This document shows positions 17,601-25,295 of a stretch of DNA of 64,000 nucleotides, piece by piece. Within the stretch, counting starts at the first letter, position 1; each line of letters begins with the position of its first letter. Position numbers and translations under genes: made by a program. The notes below the pieces were generated by a model that worked only from the letters and a program-made list of their open reading frames with translations, was not told where the DNA came from and did no database searches. Source of the DNA: Gemmatimonadota bacterium (GTDB taxonomy: Bacteria > Gemmatimonadota > Gemmatimonadetes > Gemmatimonadales > GWC2-71-9); NCBI GenBank assembly GCA_020350425.1, contig CP070716.1, forward strand, positions 1,232,564 to 1,296,563, given 5' to 3'.

Positions 17601-20600
17601 TCGGCAGCCTCAGAGCCACTTGCACGAGGCGAAATCGTCGGCTCGACACCGAGGATCTGGACGGCGATAACCGGCTGGACGTTGCCGTCGGCACCACGAC
17701 GGAAGACTTCCTCCGATACACGTTCTCCATCGGGGACGCCCGCTACTTCGTGAGGGATGGGGTGACGCACTTCGACGAGCAGGGGCGCCCCATGACATGG
17801 CGGCTCTACCGTATCCCGCTGCGGATCGACTCGCTGCAGGTGGGCCAGCCCAACCTGCGGCAAATCGAGGCCCTGCGTCTCACGCTGGTCACGCCTGACG
17901 TGGGAGGGATCGAGGAGGAGTTCTGGATCACGCTCGCGCGGATGCGCTTCGTGGGAGCGCCGTGGGTCAAGCGCGCCGCCACGCCCATCGCGGGCATCTC
18001 GGGGAGCACGGGCGAGCTCCACGGCGAGGTCCGTGCGACCACGGTCAGCACCGAGGACGAGCAGCTCGGGTACGAGTCGCCCCCGGGGACCACCGATTCG
18101 CCGGAGGAGACCAGCCAGGCCTTGCAGTTCGGGGTCACGCAGGTGAACGAGAAGGCTCTGCGTTTGCTGGCGGAGGATCTCAGGGCCGGTGAGCGGGCGG
18201 AGGCGCTGGTGCGTTTCAGTGCCCAGGCTGACAGGAACTTCCTCGCATACCGGCGGCTGCGCGTTTGGGCGCGCGGCCGTGGGCCCGGATGGGCCGAAGG
18301 CGACCTCCAGTTCTTCGTCAAGATCGGCCAGAACGAGGACAACTTCTACATGTATCGGGCGCCGGCCCAGACCGGGAGCTGGGAGCCGGAAGTGGTCGTG
18401 GATCTGGAGCGGTGGCTCGAGCTCCGGGCGCAGATCGAGTCGGCATGGCTCGGCGGCGCGCCACCCGCCGGGGCGTCGGAGTGCGGCGGTGACTCGACCG
18501 CCTACGTGGCGTGCGACGGACCGTATCTCGTGCACGTGGGCGACCCCGGAGTCGCACCGCCCAACTTGGCGCGGGTGTCCGAAGTGGCGGCCGGGATGCT
18601 ACGCGTGCAGGAGACCGCCGCCCTAGGCACCGCGGAGTTGTGGGTGAACGACATCCGGCTGGACGACGTTGCGGGGGACGCAGGCATTGCGGCGGCCATC
18701 GACGTGCACCTCGCCGCCGCCGACGTCGCCGAGCTCGATTTCGGCTACTCGCTGCGGGACGACCGGTTCCGCCAGTTCGACCAGCGCCCCAGCTACGTGA
18801 CCGATGCAGCCACGCGCTTCGCGATGCTATTCCGTGTGGACAAGCTGCTGCCGCAGGCTTGGGGGTTGAGCGTGCCCGTCACGTTCCGCCACACCAAGAC
18901 CCGTGCCGACCCGTTCTTCTTGCAGAACACCGACGTGCGCGCCGATCGGCTCAGCGACCTCCGACGGCCGAAGGGCACGGTGACATCGTGGGATGTCACC
19001 GTGCGGCGCGCAAAGCGCGGCGAGACGACCATCGAGCGAACGCTCGTGGACCCGGTCACCGTCCAGGTCCGGGGAGACAAGGCGTCGGACGCGACGTCGT
19101 TCACGAGCGCACGGACCCGCAACGACGGCGTGCGGGTGGTCTACGACAACGTGCCCGGTCCCAGGACGGTGCAGGGAGCGCCAGGCTTCCTGATCAACCT
19201 CGTGAACTCGCTGCCGGACTGGATCAAGGAGAGTGAGTTCGGCAAGGCGCTGCGCAACTCCCGGCTGCGGTGGAATCCGTTCCGGCTGACCTACGCCTCG
19301 ACGTTCACCCACAACCGGACCGACCGCCTCACGTTCCGTGTTCCGGTGGAGCTGGAGAGCGACACGGCGCTGGCGCCGCTCCCGAGCGTCGTACACACGT
19401 GGCGCAACGAGCTCGGATTCGACTTCCGCCCCTACTCGTCGTTCGCGATCCGCGTGAACTGGTCGAGTACGCGCGATCTGCAGGACTACGGGGATACCAC
19501 GGAGGTCGGCCGGCTGCTGCAGCAGGAGCGCGGCACCATGTTTGGATGGGATATCGGGTTCGAGCGGTGGCACACGCTCACCACCGGCATCAACGTCGCG
19601 CCGGTGGTGAGCAGCTGGCTGCGCCCGCGCTTCGTGTTTTCGACGCGATACCACTTCACCCGCGACCCGAACCAGCGCGCACCGGTCGTGGCGGGCGACT
19701 CGACGCCCAAGCCCCCGGAGACGGTTGGCAACGCACGCCACGCCGAGTTCGGCGCGTCGCTCGACGTCGCTCGTCTGGTGCGAGGGCTCGCCGGCGATGC
19801 GGGCGTGCTGACCAAGGTCTTCGCGATTCTGCTGCCGGCCGACCTCACGCTTGCACGCGACCTGCGATCCACCTTCGACCGCGCCCAGTTCGACGCCGGC
19901 CTCGGGTACCGTCTGGCGCTGGGCGGGTTGGGCGCCTTCCGCTCGCAGGGGGGGGGACCTGCCACGGCGACGGGCGACCTCGAGAGCGTGATTCTCGCTG
20001 GCGGCCTGCGCCTCCCGCTCGGCGGCCTGTTCCGGTTGAGCTACCGCAACCTGGCCAACGCGGCGTGGTCGCGACGGGGCGAGGTGCAGACCCAGGTGGT
20101 GCAGCGCAGCAGGGAGTGGCCGTCGCTGAACTTCTCCTGGGCGTACAGTCCGTCGTCGGGTATCCGGCGGGTGATCTCCAGTGTCTCCGCTGGGCTGCAG
20201 TATCGCCTGATCCGCACGTCGAGCGTGCAGCCGCTTTCCGCACTCGGCGGGAGCGACAGCGTGGTGACCGAGAACAACTCCACATTCGTGACGCCGACGC
20301 TGACGCTGTCGTGGTCCCCGGGCATCACCACGGCGGTGCAGTATTCGAACTCCAAGACGGAGAGCGTCACCTCCGGCAACCGCACCGAGAGCGAGCGCAG
20401 CGCGTGGGGCGCGAGCGCGAACTTCGGGTGGAACCTTCCGAGGAGTCTCGTGCGGTCCGCCAATCGCGTCCAGACGACGATCGCGTTTAATTCCTCTACC
20501 CAGGCCGTTTGCCTCCTGCAAACCGGCGCGGTCGGCTGCCGCAGCGTGTCGGACAGCCGCCGGGATCAGCTGGACATCCGGCTGGATACGGGATTCACGC

Positions 20601-20728
20601 AGAGCCTGCGAGGGGGGATGACGTTCAGCTACGTGTTGACGGACCAGCGGCACACGTCGCAGACCCTGTCTCAGATGGTGTTCACGATCTACCTGGACAT
20701 CAACTTCGTGTCGGGCCAGGTCCGATGA
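14606..20728 (+). CDS. sprA: SprA-like giant outer-membrane protein (T9SS translocon family), 2040 aa
   Basis: Signal peptide ...AGPVVA|QEP. The block FHVNVDFDTQREFSVNNNINFWYQGLEDEILRRVEVGNVTFRAPPF...SFGVQAEAQLGPLDVSTIFAQQKG matches my memory of the SprA N-terminal family signature (YDT..F.F.N...L.Y.G.EDEI...E.GNV...LFG...QFG...Q.G). Beta-rich throughout. Confidence 0.65.
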   Translation: MSRRCAALALTTAILVAGPVVAQEPGAPAPRLRIRLSEEPLSLRRYVALEPGGWLGPSTTPELAGQRWAAATRALLARRRDARYQARLLAALSPPAPAPRDTVRRRIPIPRPEEIAELEVEEPATLEALERYADLGLDLQSRLVMKFDRLRNARCTATDVNTPGSGCQDGFPTPSFDEDFRVLAGGIVADRFHVNVDFDTQREFSVNNNINFWYQGLEDEILRRVEVGNVTFRAPPFRFITAAIPANSFGVQAEAQLGPLDVSTIFAQQKGSAVRTRTFRVGDATTQPVSFEARDIDFESGRFFFVVNPRALPGYPALDVLDIVPEILPDTLRPTAVRVYRLRAQVGRDEDNPNLGGIEAVALRSDSPQRVGPFSWELLVEGRDYYLDPSGVWFALANRLGTDDFLAVSYTRASGDTVGTFPAVNGTGDTLELVYEPRRGPGVPTYFHEMRNAYRIGGSGITRNTIRLAIVVNQSEQPLGGSGTYLSRLGLAAAVDPSTIDEFNRVFPRTRDPNNGEPVHDYFVVFPHLTPFADSTVLAPGDRNDSLYRTPTYLLVSEAPPPLFHLRLAYEASGAGDRSNLSLGALQVREASEKLFIGERELVRGRDYEIDYELGQVRFLSPDSLFFGPTEVRAQFEENQLFDFAPKTIFGLASTYHLGPESRLYGIGLFQRDRTSLTRPQLGFEPQAGFMGGLGAELQFRGEGLTRVLDALPLIETSVPSRLNVTGEIAVSNPNPNSTGIAYVEDFQQEAAFKVPLGEREFQLGSTPSSGHGLPPSYLAGGTDFSDQDAVPLVWQNLVQTPAGVREFRPQEIDSTIVLTGTGISIEPTLWLTLKPDTVGGAPDPITGAPRWLLPHTPGPRWRSLTQSFGFGSGVGVDFSRSEFMEFWVLEDAAMQARQQSAVLVIDLGTVFEDAARPAPTSFRVQGSDTLFTGLQFEGAGVLDSERDSLTAVYNALGDDVGIRGDLVGTIFDETSGATVSDLPLCSLEDIAGLPTLPLGSLRATCTRRNRRLDTEDLDGDNRLDVAVGTTTEDFLRYTFSIGDARYFVRDGVTHFDEQGRPMTWRLYRIPLRIDSLQVGQPNLRQIEALRLTLVTPDVGGIEEEFWITLARMRFVGAPWVKRAATPIAGISGSTGELHGEVRATTVSTEDEQLGYESPPGTTDSPEETSQALQFGVTQVNEKALRLLAEDLRAGERAEALVRFSAQADRNFLAYRRLRVWARGRGPGWAEGDLQFFVKIGQNEDNFYMYRAPAQTGSWEPEVVVDLERWLELRAQIESAWLGGAPPAGASECGGDSTAYVACDGPYLVHVGDPGVAPPNLARVSEVAAGMLRVQETAALGTAELWVNDIRLDDVAGDAGIAAAIDVHLAAADVAELDFGYSLRDDRFRQFDQRPSYVTDAATRFAMLFRVDKLLPQAWGLSVPVTFRHTKTRADPFFLQNTDVRADRLSDLRRPKGTVTSWDVTVRRAKRGETTIERTLVDPVTVQVRGDKASDATSFTSARTRNDGVRVVYDNVPGPRTVQGAPGFLINLVNSLPDWIKESEFGKALRNSRLRWNPFRLTYASTFTHNRTDRLTFRVPVELESDTALAPLPSVVHTWRNELGFDFRPYSSFAIRVNWSSTRDLQDYGDTTEVGRLLQQERGTMFGWDIGFERWHTLTTGINVAPVVSSWLRPRFVFSTRYHFTRDPNQRAPVVAGDSTPKPPETVGNARHAEFGASLDVARLVRGLAGDAGVLTKVFAILLPADLTLARDLRSTFDRAQFDAGLGYRLALGGLGAFRSQGGGPATATGDLESVILAGGLRLPLGGLFRLSYRNLANAAWSRRGEVQTQVVQRSREWPSLNFSWAYSPSSGIRRVISSVSAGLQYRLIRTSSVQPLSALGGSDSVVTENNSTFVTPTLTLSWSPGITTAVQYSNSKTESVTSGNRTESERSAWGASANFGWNLPRSLVRSANRVQTTIAFNSSTQAVCLLQTGAVGCRSVSDSRRDQLDIRLDTGFTQSLRGGMTFSYVLTDQRHTSQTLSQMVFTIYLDINFVSGQVR

Positions 20729-21612
20729 GGTGGATTACGGGGCTGATCCTGGTGGCCATCGGCTGTGGCGCCGGAGGCCGGGGGCCGCGCGAGTTCGACG
20801 GTGAAGCGGCACTGGGGTACGTGGAGACGCAGCTCGCCTTTGGGCCGCGGGTTCCCAACACCGAGGGGCATCGCCAAACGGGCGATTGGATCCTGGAGCA
20901 GCTCCGCCTGCGCGCCGATTCGGTGGAGGTCCAGGAGTTCACGCACGTCACGGTCGACGGTGACACCCTGCACCTGCGCAACTTCATCGGGCGGTTCCGA
21001 CCGGAGGTGAGCGAGCGCATCCTGTATCTCGCCCACTGGGATACCCGACCGCGGGCGGATCGCGACGCCAACCTGGGCCGCCAGCGCCTGCCGGTGCCGG
21101 GCGCCAACGACGGCGCCTCGGGCGTGGCCGTACTGCTGGGCGTGGCCGACGTGCTCGAGCGGCGTCCCTCGGACTTCGGCGTAGACCTCCTGTTCGTGGA
21201 CGGCGAGGACTACGGCGACTTTGCGCAGGGCGCGGATGTGCTCCTCGGCTCGCGGCACTACGCGGCCAGCGTCGACGCCGGTGCCTTTCCGCTGTACGCC
21301 GTCGTGTGGGACATGGTGGGAGACCGCGACCTGGAGATCTACCAGGAGGGCAACTCCGTCACTCGGGCTCCCGAGGTCGTGGACCGGGTCTGGAGTCGTG
21401 CTCGGGACCTGGGGTACAGCCGGGTTTTCCGGCCGTCGGTGGGGTACACGATGACTGACGATCACGTGCCGCTGCTGGAGGTGGGCATTCGCGCCATCGA
21501 CGTGATCGACTTCGACTACCCCCACTGGCATACTGCGGACGACACGCTCGACAAGGTGAGCGCGGCGTCGCTCCAAGTGGTGGGAGACGTCGCGGTAGCC
21601 CTGCTGCGCTAG
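20725..21612 (+). CDS. Glutaminyl-peptide cyclotransferase-like M28-fold lipoprotein
   Basis: ATG 20725 overlaps the sprA-like stop (ATGA). Lipobox LVAIGC. Motifs AHWDTRP, GANDGASGVAVLL, FVDGEDYG, VWDMVGD, MTDDHVPLL (DDH.P(F/L) as in animal/Bacteroidetes-type QC). Confidence 0.7.
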   Translation: MRWITGLILVAIGCGAGGRGPREFDGEAALGYVETQLAFGPRVPNTEGHRQTGDWILEQLRLRADSVEVQEFTHVTVDGDTLHLRNFIGRFRPEVSERILYLAHWDTRPRADRDANLGRQRLPVPGANDGASGVAVLLGVADVLERRPSDFGVDLLFVDGEDYGDFAQGADVLLGSRHYAASVDAGAFPLYAVVWDMVGDRDLEIYQEGNSVTRAPEVVDRVWSRARDLGYSRVFRPSVGYTMTDDHVPLLEVGIRAIDVIDFDYPHWHTADDTLDKVSAASLQVVGDVAVALLR

Positions 21613-21704
21613 CCGGACCTGGCGCGGGGCCCGGCGCGCGGTGATGAGACTACGCCGTCGTTCGAACGGTTATGCGCCGGGGGGCAGGAGCCACAGCGTG
21701 AGCC

Positions 21705-22322
21705 GTGCTCTCCTCCGACGACCGCAAGGCAGCCTTGACGCTCTTGGGCTTGGCGGCGGCCGGCCTCCTGGTCCGGGCGCTTGCAGGTGGCGGCAGTCCC
21801 GCCGGGGCCGTGGCCTATCGGGAGGTGACCGCCGGGCGCCCCGAGCGGGACGCGGTAGCCGAGCAGGCGGCGCGGATGGCGCGCCCGTTGAGCCGCGGCG
21901 AGACGATCGACCCGGACCGTGCGCCCGCAGCGGAGCTCGCCCGATTGCCCCGCATCGGCCCGGGGCTCGCGGCACGCATCGTCGACGATCGGGAGGCAAA
22001 CGGCCCGTTCGGCTCTTTGGAGGAGCTGGATCGCGTGGTGGGTGTGGGGCCGGCCGTGCTCGACGCGGTGCGCCGTCACGTGGTCTTCTCGGCGCCGGCC
22101 GCACGCTCCGCGACGTCCCAAGTGCCCGAGATTGTGACGCTTAACACGGCTTCTGCCCGGCAGCTCGCTAGACTACCCGGCATCGGGCCGGCGCGAGCCA
22201 AGGCGATCGTTGAGGATCGACAACGCCATGGACCGTACCGGCGGCTGGACGAGCTTACGCGGGTGCAAGGTATTGGGCAGGCGACGGTGGAGCGCCTGCG
22301 GGGGCTGGTGCGCGTGCCTTGA
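21705..22322 (+). CDS. comEA: ComEA-like membrane-anchored DNA-binding protein with two tandem helix-hairpin-helix modules
   Basis: N-terminal TM (LTLLGLAAAGLLV). Two copies of L(A/P)RLPxIGPxxAxxIVxDRxxxGP(F/Y)xxLxEL.RV.G(V/I)G. The start codon is uncertain. Confidence 0.7.
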   Translation: MLSSDDRKAALTLLGLAAAGLLVRALAGGGSPAGAVAYREVTAGRPERDAVAEQAARMARPLSRGETIDPDRAPAAELARLPRIGPGLAARIVDDREANGPFGSLEELDRVVGVGPAVLDAVRRHVVFSAPAARSATSQVPEIVTLNTASARQLARLPGIGPARAKAIVEDRQRHGPYRRLDELTRVQGIGQATVERLRGLVRVP

Positions 22323-22346
22323 CACCCCTTGGGGTGGTCATACTTT
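22319..22346 (+). promoter_or_regulatory. Candidate sigma70-type promoter of pilBTC
   Basis: TTGACA (22319-22324), 16 nt, TACTTT (22341-22346). Lies 67 nt upstream of the pilB ATG. Confidence 0.35.
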
Positions 22347-22412
22347 TGACCGTTACTTTGTTGCGCCCAAAGGACTTGCAGTGATCTTCGACGTTTCCCA
22401 CCACGGCAACAT

Positions 22413-24119
22413 ATGACGACGGCCCCAGCGAGCACCGAGCGTCTCGGCGATCTGCTCATCCGCGAAGGGCTGATCACCCGCGAGCAGCTCCAGCAGGCCT
22501 TGGAGCAGCAGCAGGGATCGGGCATGCGGCTGGGCTACACCCTGGTCAAGCTCGGGATGGTGCAGGAGATCGAGATCACCAAGATGCTGGCCCGGCAGTA
22601 CCGGGTTCCGGCCGTCGATCTCTCCCGCTTCGAGGTCGACGAGAAGATCATCAAGCTGATTCCGAACGAGGTCGCCCTGCGGCACACCGTGCTGCCGCTG
22701 AAGCGCGAGGCCCGCACGCTCACCGTGGCGATGGCGGACCCGACCAACCACAGTGTCCTGGACGACCTCAAGTTCATCACGCGGTTCGACATCTTCCCGG
22801 TCATCGCGGGCGAGTACACGCTGCGCACCGCGATCGAGCGGTACTACGAGCAGACCGATGCGCAGCTCGAGTCCCTCCTCAAGGACATGGAGGCGGAAGA
22901 TCTCGAGATCGTCGAGGAGGAGGACGAGGAGGAGGGGAGCGCAATCCAGATCGCGGATGACGCCCCGGTCGTGAAGCTGATCAACGGCATTATGACCGAC
23001 GCCGTGAAGCGCGGCGCCAGTGACATCCATATCGAGCCGTTCGAGAAAGAGATCCGTGTGCGCTACCGGATCGACGGTTCGCTGCAGGAAGTCATGAAGC
23101 CTCCGGTGAAGTTGAAGGCCGCGCTCACGAGCCGCGTGAAGATCATGTCCAACCTGAACATCGCCGAGCGACGGGTGCCCCAGGACGGGCGGATCAAGAT
23201 GAAGATGGGGGATCGGGTGATCGACTTCCGCGTCTCCACCCTCCCCGTGATCTTCGGCGAGAAGATCGTGCTGCGAATCCTGGACAAGGGGAACCTGACC
23301 CTCGACCTGACGAAGTTCGGGTTCGAGCCCAAGGCCGAGAAGGACCTCATGCGCAACATCCTGAACCCGTACGGCATGGTGCTGGTCACCGGCCCGACGG
23401 GGTCGGGGAAGACCACGACGCTGTACTCTGCGTTGTCGCGCGTGAACAACATCGATGTGAATATCATGACCGCCGAGGACCCCGTGGAGTACAACATCCA
23501 CGGCATCAACCAGGTCCTCGTGCGCAATGAGATCGGGATGACGTTCGCGGCCGCCCTGAAGGCGTTTCTGCGGCAGGACCCGAACATCATCATGGTGGGA
23601 GAGATCCGCGATCTCGAGACCGGCAGTATCGCCATCAAGGCAGCGCTCACCGGCCACCTCGTACTCTCCACGCTGCACACCAACGACGCCTCGTCCACCA
23701 TTACCCGTATGATCGACATGGGGATCGAGCCCTTCAACGTGGCAAGCGCGGTCAACCTGATCGTGGCCCAGCGGCTCGTTCGGCGGATCTGTGGCAACTG
23801 TAAGGCAGAGTGCGAATACAGCGAGGAGGAGCTCGGAGCCCTCGGGATCGACGCCAAGCACGCGGGCGAGATCCAGCTATACAAGGGCGAGGGCTGCGAT
23901 ACCTGCGGCGGGACCGGCTACAAGGGGAGGCAGGGGATCTACGAAGTGATGGCGCTCTCTCCCGAGCTCCGCCGCATGATCCTCCGCGGCTCTTCATCGG
24001 ACGAGCTCAAGCAGACCGCGATCGAGGAGGGAATGTTGACGCTGCGCATGGACGGCATGGTGAAGCTCCAGCGGGGCGTCACGACACTTGAAGAGGTCGT
24101 CAAGGAAACCGCGGAGTAA
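22413..24119 (+). CDS. pilB: Type IV pilus extension ATPase PilB (GspE family) with MshEN-type N-domain
   Basis: Walker A GPTGSGKTT, Asp/His boxes, tetracysteine CGNC...CDTCGGTG, N-terminal tandem RLGxxL..G...L...L..Q motifs. Confidence 0.9.
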   Translation: MTTAPASTERLGDLLIREGLITREQLQQALEQQQGSGMRLGYTLVKLGMVQEIEITKMLARQYRVPAVDLSRFEVDEKIIKLIPNEVALRHTVLPLKREARTLTVAMADPTNHSVLDDLKFITRFDIFPVIAGEYTLRTAIERYYEQTDAQLESLLKDMEAEDLEIVEEEDEEEGSAIQIADDAPVVKLINGIMTDAVKRGASDIHIEPFEKEIRVRYRIDGSLQEVMKPPVKLKAALTSRVKIMSNLNIAERRVPQDGRIKMKMGDRVIDFRVSTLPVIFGEKIVLRILDKGNLTLDLTKFGFEPKAEKDLMRNILNPYGMVLVTGPTGSGKTTTLYSALSRVNNIDVNIMTAEDPVEYNIHGINQVLVRNEIGMTFAAALKAFLRQDPNIIMVGEIRDLETGSIAIKAALTGHLVLSTLHTNDASSTITRMIDMGIEPFNVASAVNLIVAQRLVRRICGNCKAECEYSEEELGALGIDAKHAGEIQLYKGEGCDTCGGTGYKGRQGIYEVMALSPELRRMILRGSSSDELKQTAIEEGMLTLRMDGMVKLQRGVTTLEEVVKETAE

Positions 24120-24122
24120 TCG

Positions 24123-25268
24123 ATGACGGCAGATCAAGGCAAGGGTGGGGATTCCTCGGTCAACCTCCGCGAGCTGCTGGAGGAAATGATCAAGCGCGAC
24201 GCTTCGGACCTGCATATCACGGCAGGTGAGCGTCCCAAGGTCCGGGTGGATGGTGAGATCACCAACTCGCATGTGGAACACGTTCTCACGCCCAAGGAGA
24301 CGCTCCAGATCGCCTATTCCGTGCTGACGGACAATCAGAAGAAGCGGTTCGAGAACGAAGACGAGCTCGACTTCTCCTTCGGTATCCAGAATCTCGCACG
24401 ATTCCGCGGCAACTGCTTCAAACAGCGCGGCTGTGTCTCGCTCGTCATCCGGCAGATTCCGTTCTCGATCAAGACCTTCGACGAGTTGGGTCTCCCACCG
24501 GCGTTGCGCAAGCTCGCCGACCGTCCCAGAGGACTGGTGCTCGTGACCGGCCCAACCGGGTCGGGTAAGTCGACGACGCTCGCCGCGATGATCGACAAGA
24601 TCAATCGCGAGCGACGGGGGCACATCATCACGATCGAGGATCCGATCGAGTTCATCCACCGGCACCAGGGATGCATCGTAAATCAGCGTGAGGTGGGGAC
24701 GGACACCAAGTCGTTCGGGAACGCGCTGAAGTATGCTTTGCGGCAGGATCCGGACATCGTGCTCATCGGCGAGATGCGCGACCTGGAGACGATTCAGGCG
24801 GCGCTGACGATCGCCGAGACCGGGCATCTGGCGTTCGCGACACTGCACACGAACTCGGCGGCCGAGACGATCAATCGAATCATCGATGTGTTTCCCTCCC
24901 ACCAACAGTCCCAGGTGCGGGCGCAGCTCGCCTTCGTGCTGGAAGGCGTGGTGACGCAGATCCTGCTCCAGCGGGCCGGTGGCAAGGGTCGCGTGATGGC
25001 CTGTGAGGTCATGGTGGCCACGCCGGCAATTCGTGCCCTGATCCGGGACGACAAGGTGCACCAGATCTACTCGGCCATGCAGGCCGGCAAGAAGCATGGC
25101 ATGCAGACGCTGAACGACTCGCTGTATCAGGAATACATGGGCCGGCATGTGACGCTCGAGGAGTGTTTGCGGGTGGCACCGGACCAGAACGAGTTCCTGC
25201 GGATGATTGGGGAGGACGTCCCCGAGGCGGAAGGGGCGGGGGCGCGGGCCGCGGCGGCCCGGCGGTAA
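24123..25268 (+). CDS. pilT: Twitching-motility retraction ATPase PilT
   Basis: GPTGSGKSTT, TIEDPIEF, AHLAFATLHTNSA-like core, ~380 aa, immediately after pilB. Confidence 0.9.
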   Translation: MTADQGKGGDSSVNLRELLEEMIKRDASDLHITAGERPKVRVDGEITNSHVEHVLTPKETLQIAYSVLTDNQKKRFENEDELDFSFGIQNLARFRGNCFKQRGCVSLVIRQIPFSIKTFDELGLPPALRKLADRPRGLVLVTGPTGSGKSTTLAAMIDKINRERRGHIITIEDPIEFIHRHQGCIVNQREVGTDTKSFGNALKYALRQDPDIVLIGEMRDLETIQAALTIAETGHLAFATLHTNSAAETINRIIDVFPSHQQSQVRAQLAFVLEGVVTQILLQRAGGKGRVMACEVMVATPAIRALIRDDKVHQIYSAMQAGKKHGMQTLNDSLYQEYMGRHVTLEECLRVAPDQNEFLRMIGEDVPEAEGAGARAAAARR

Positions 25269-25295
25269 CCGCGGCGGACATAGAGGAGATCCACT

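Noticed and set aside
16064-18535. 823-aa ORF antisense to the SprA-like gene
   Set aside because: The product is extremely Arg/Pro/Gly/His-rich with no motifs. It lies wholly inside a + strand gene with family similarity and proper codon third-position bias. This is a typical GC-rich antisense artefact. The same applies to 18827..20653 (-).
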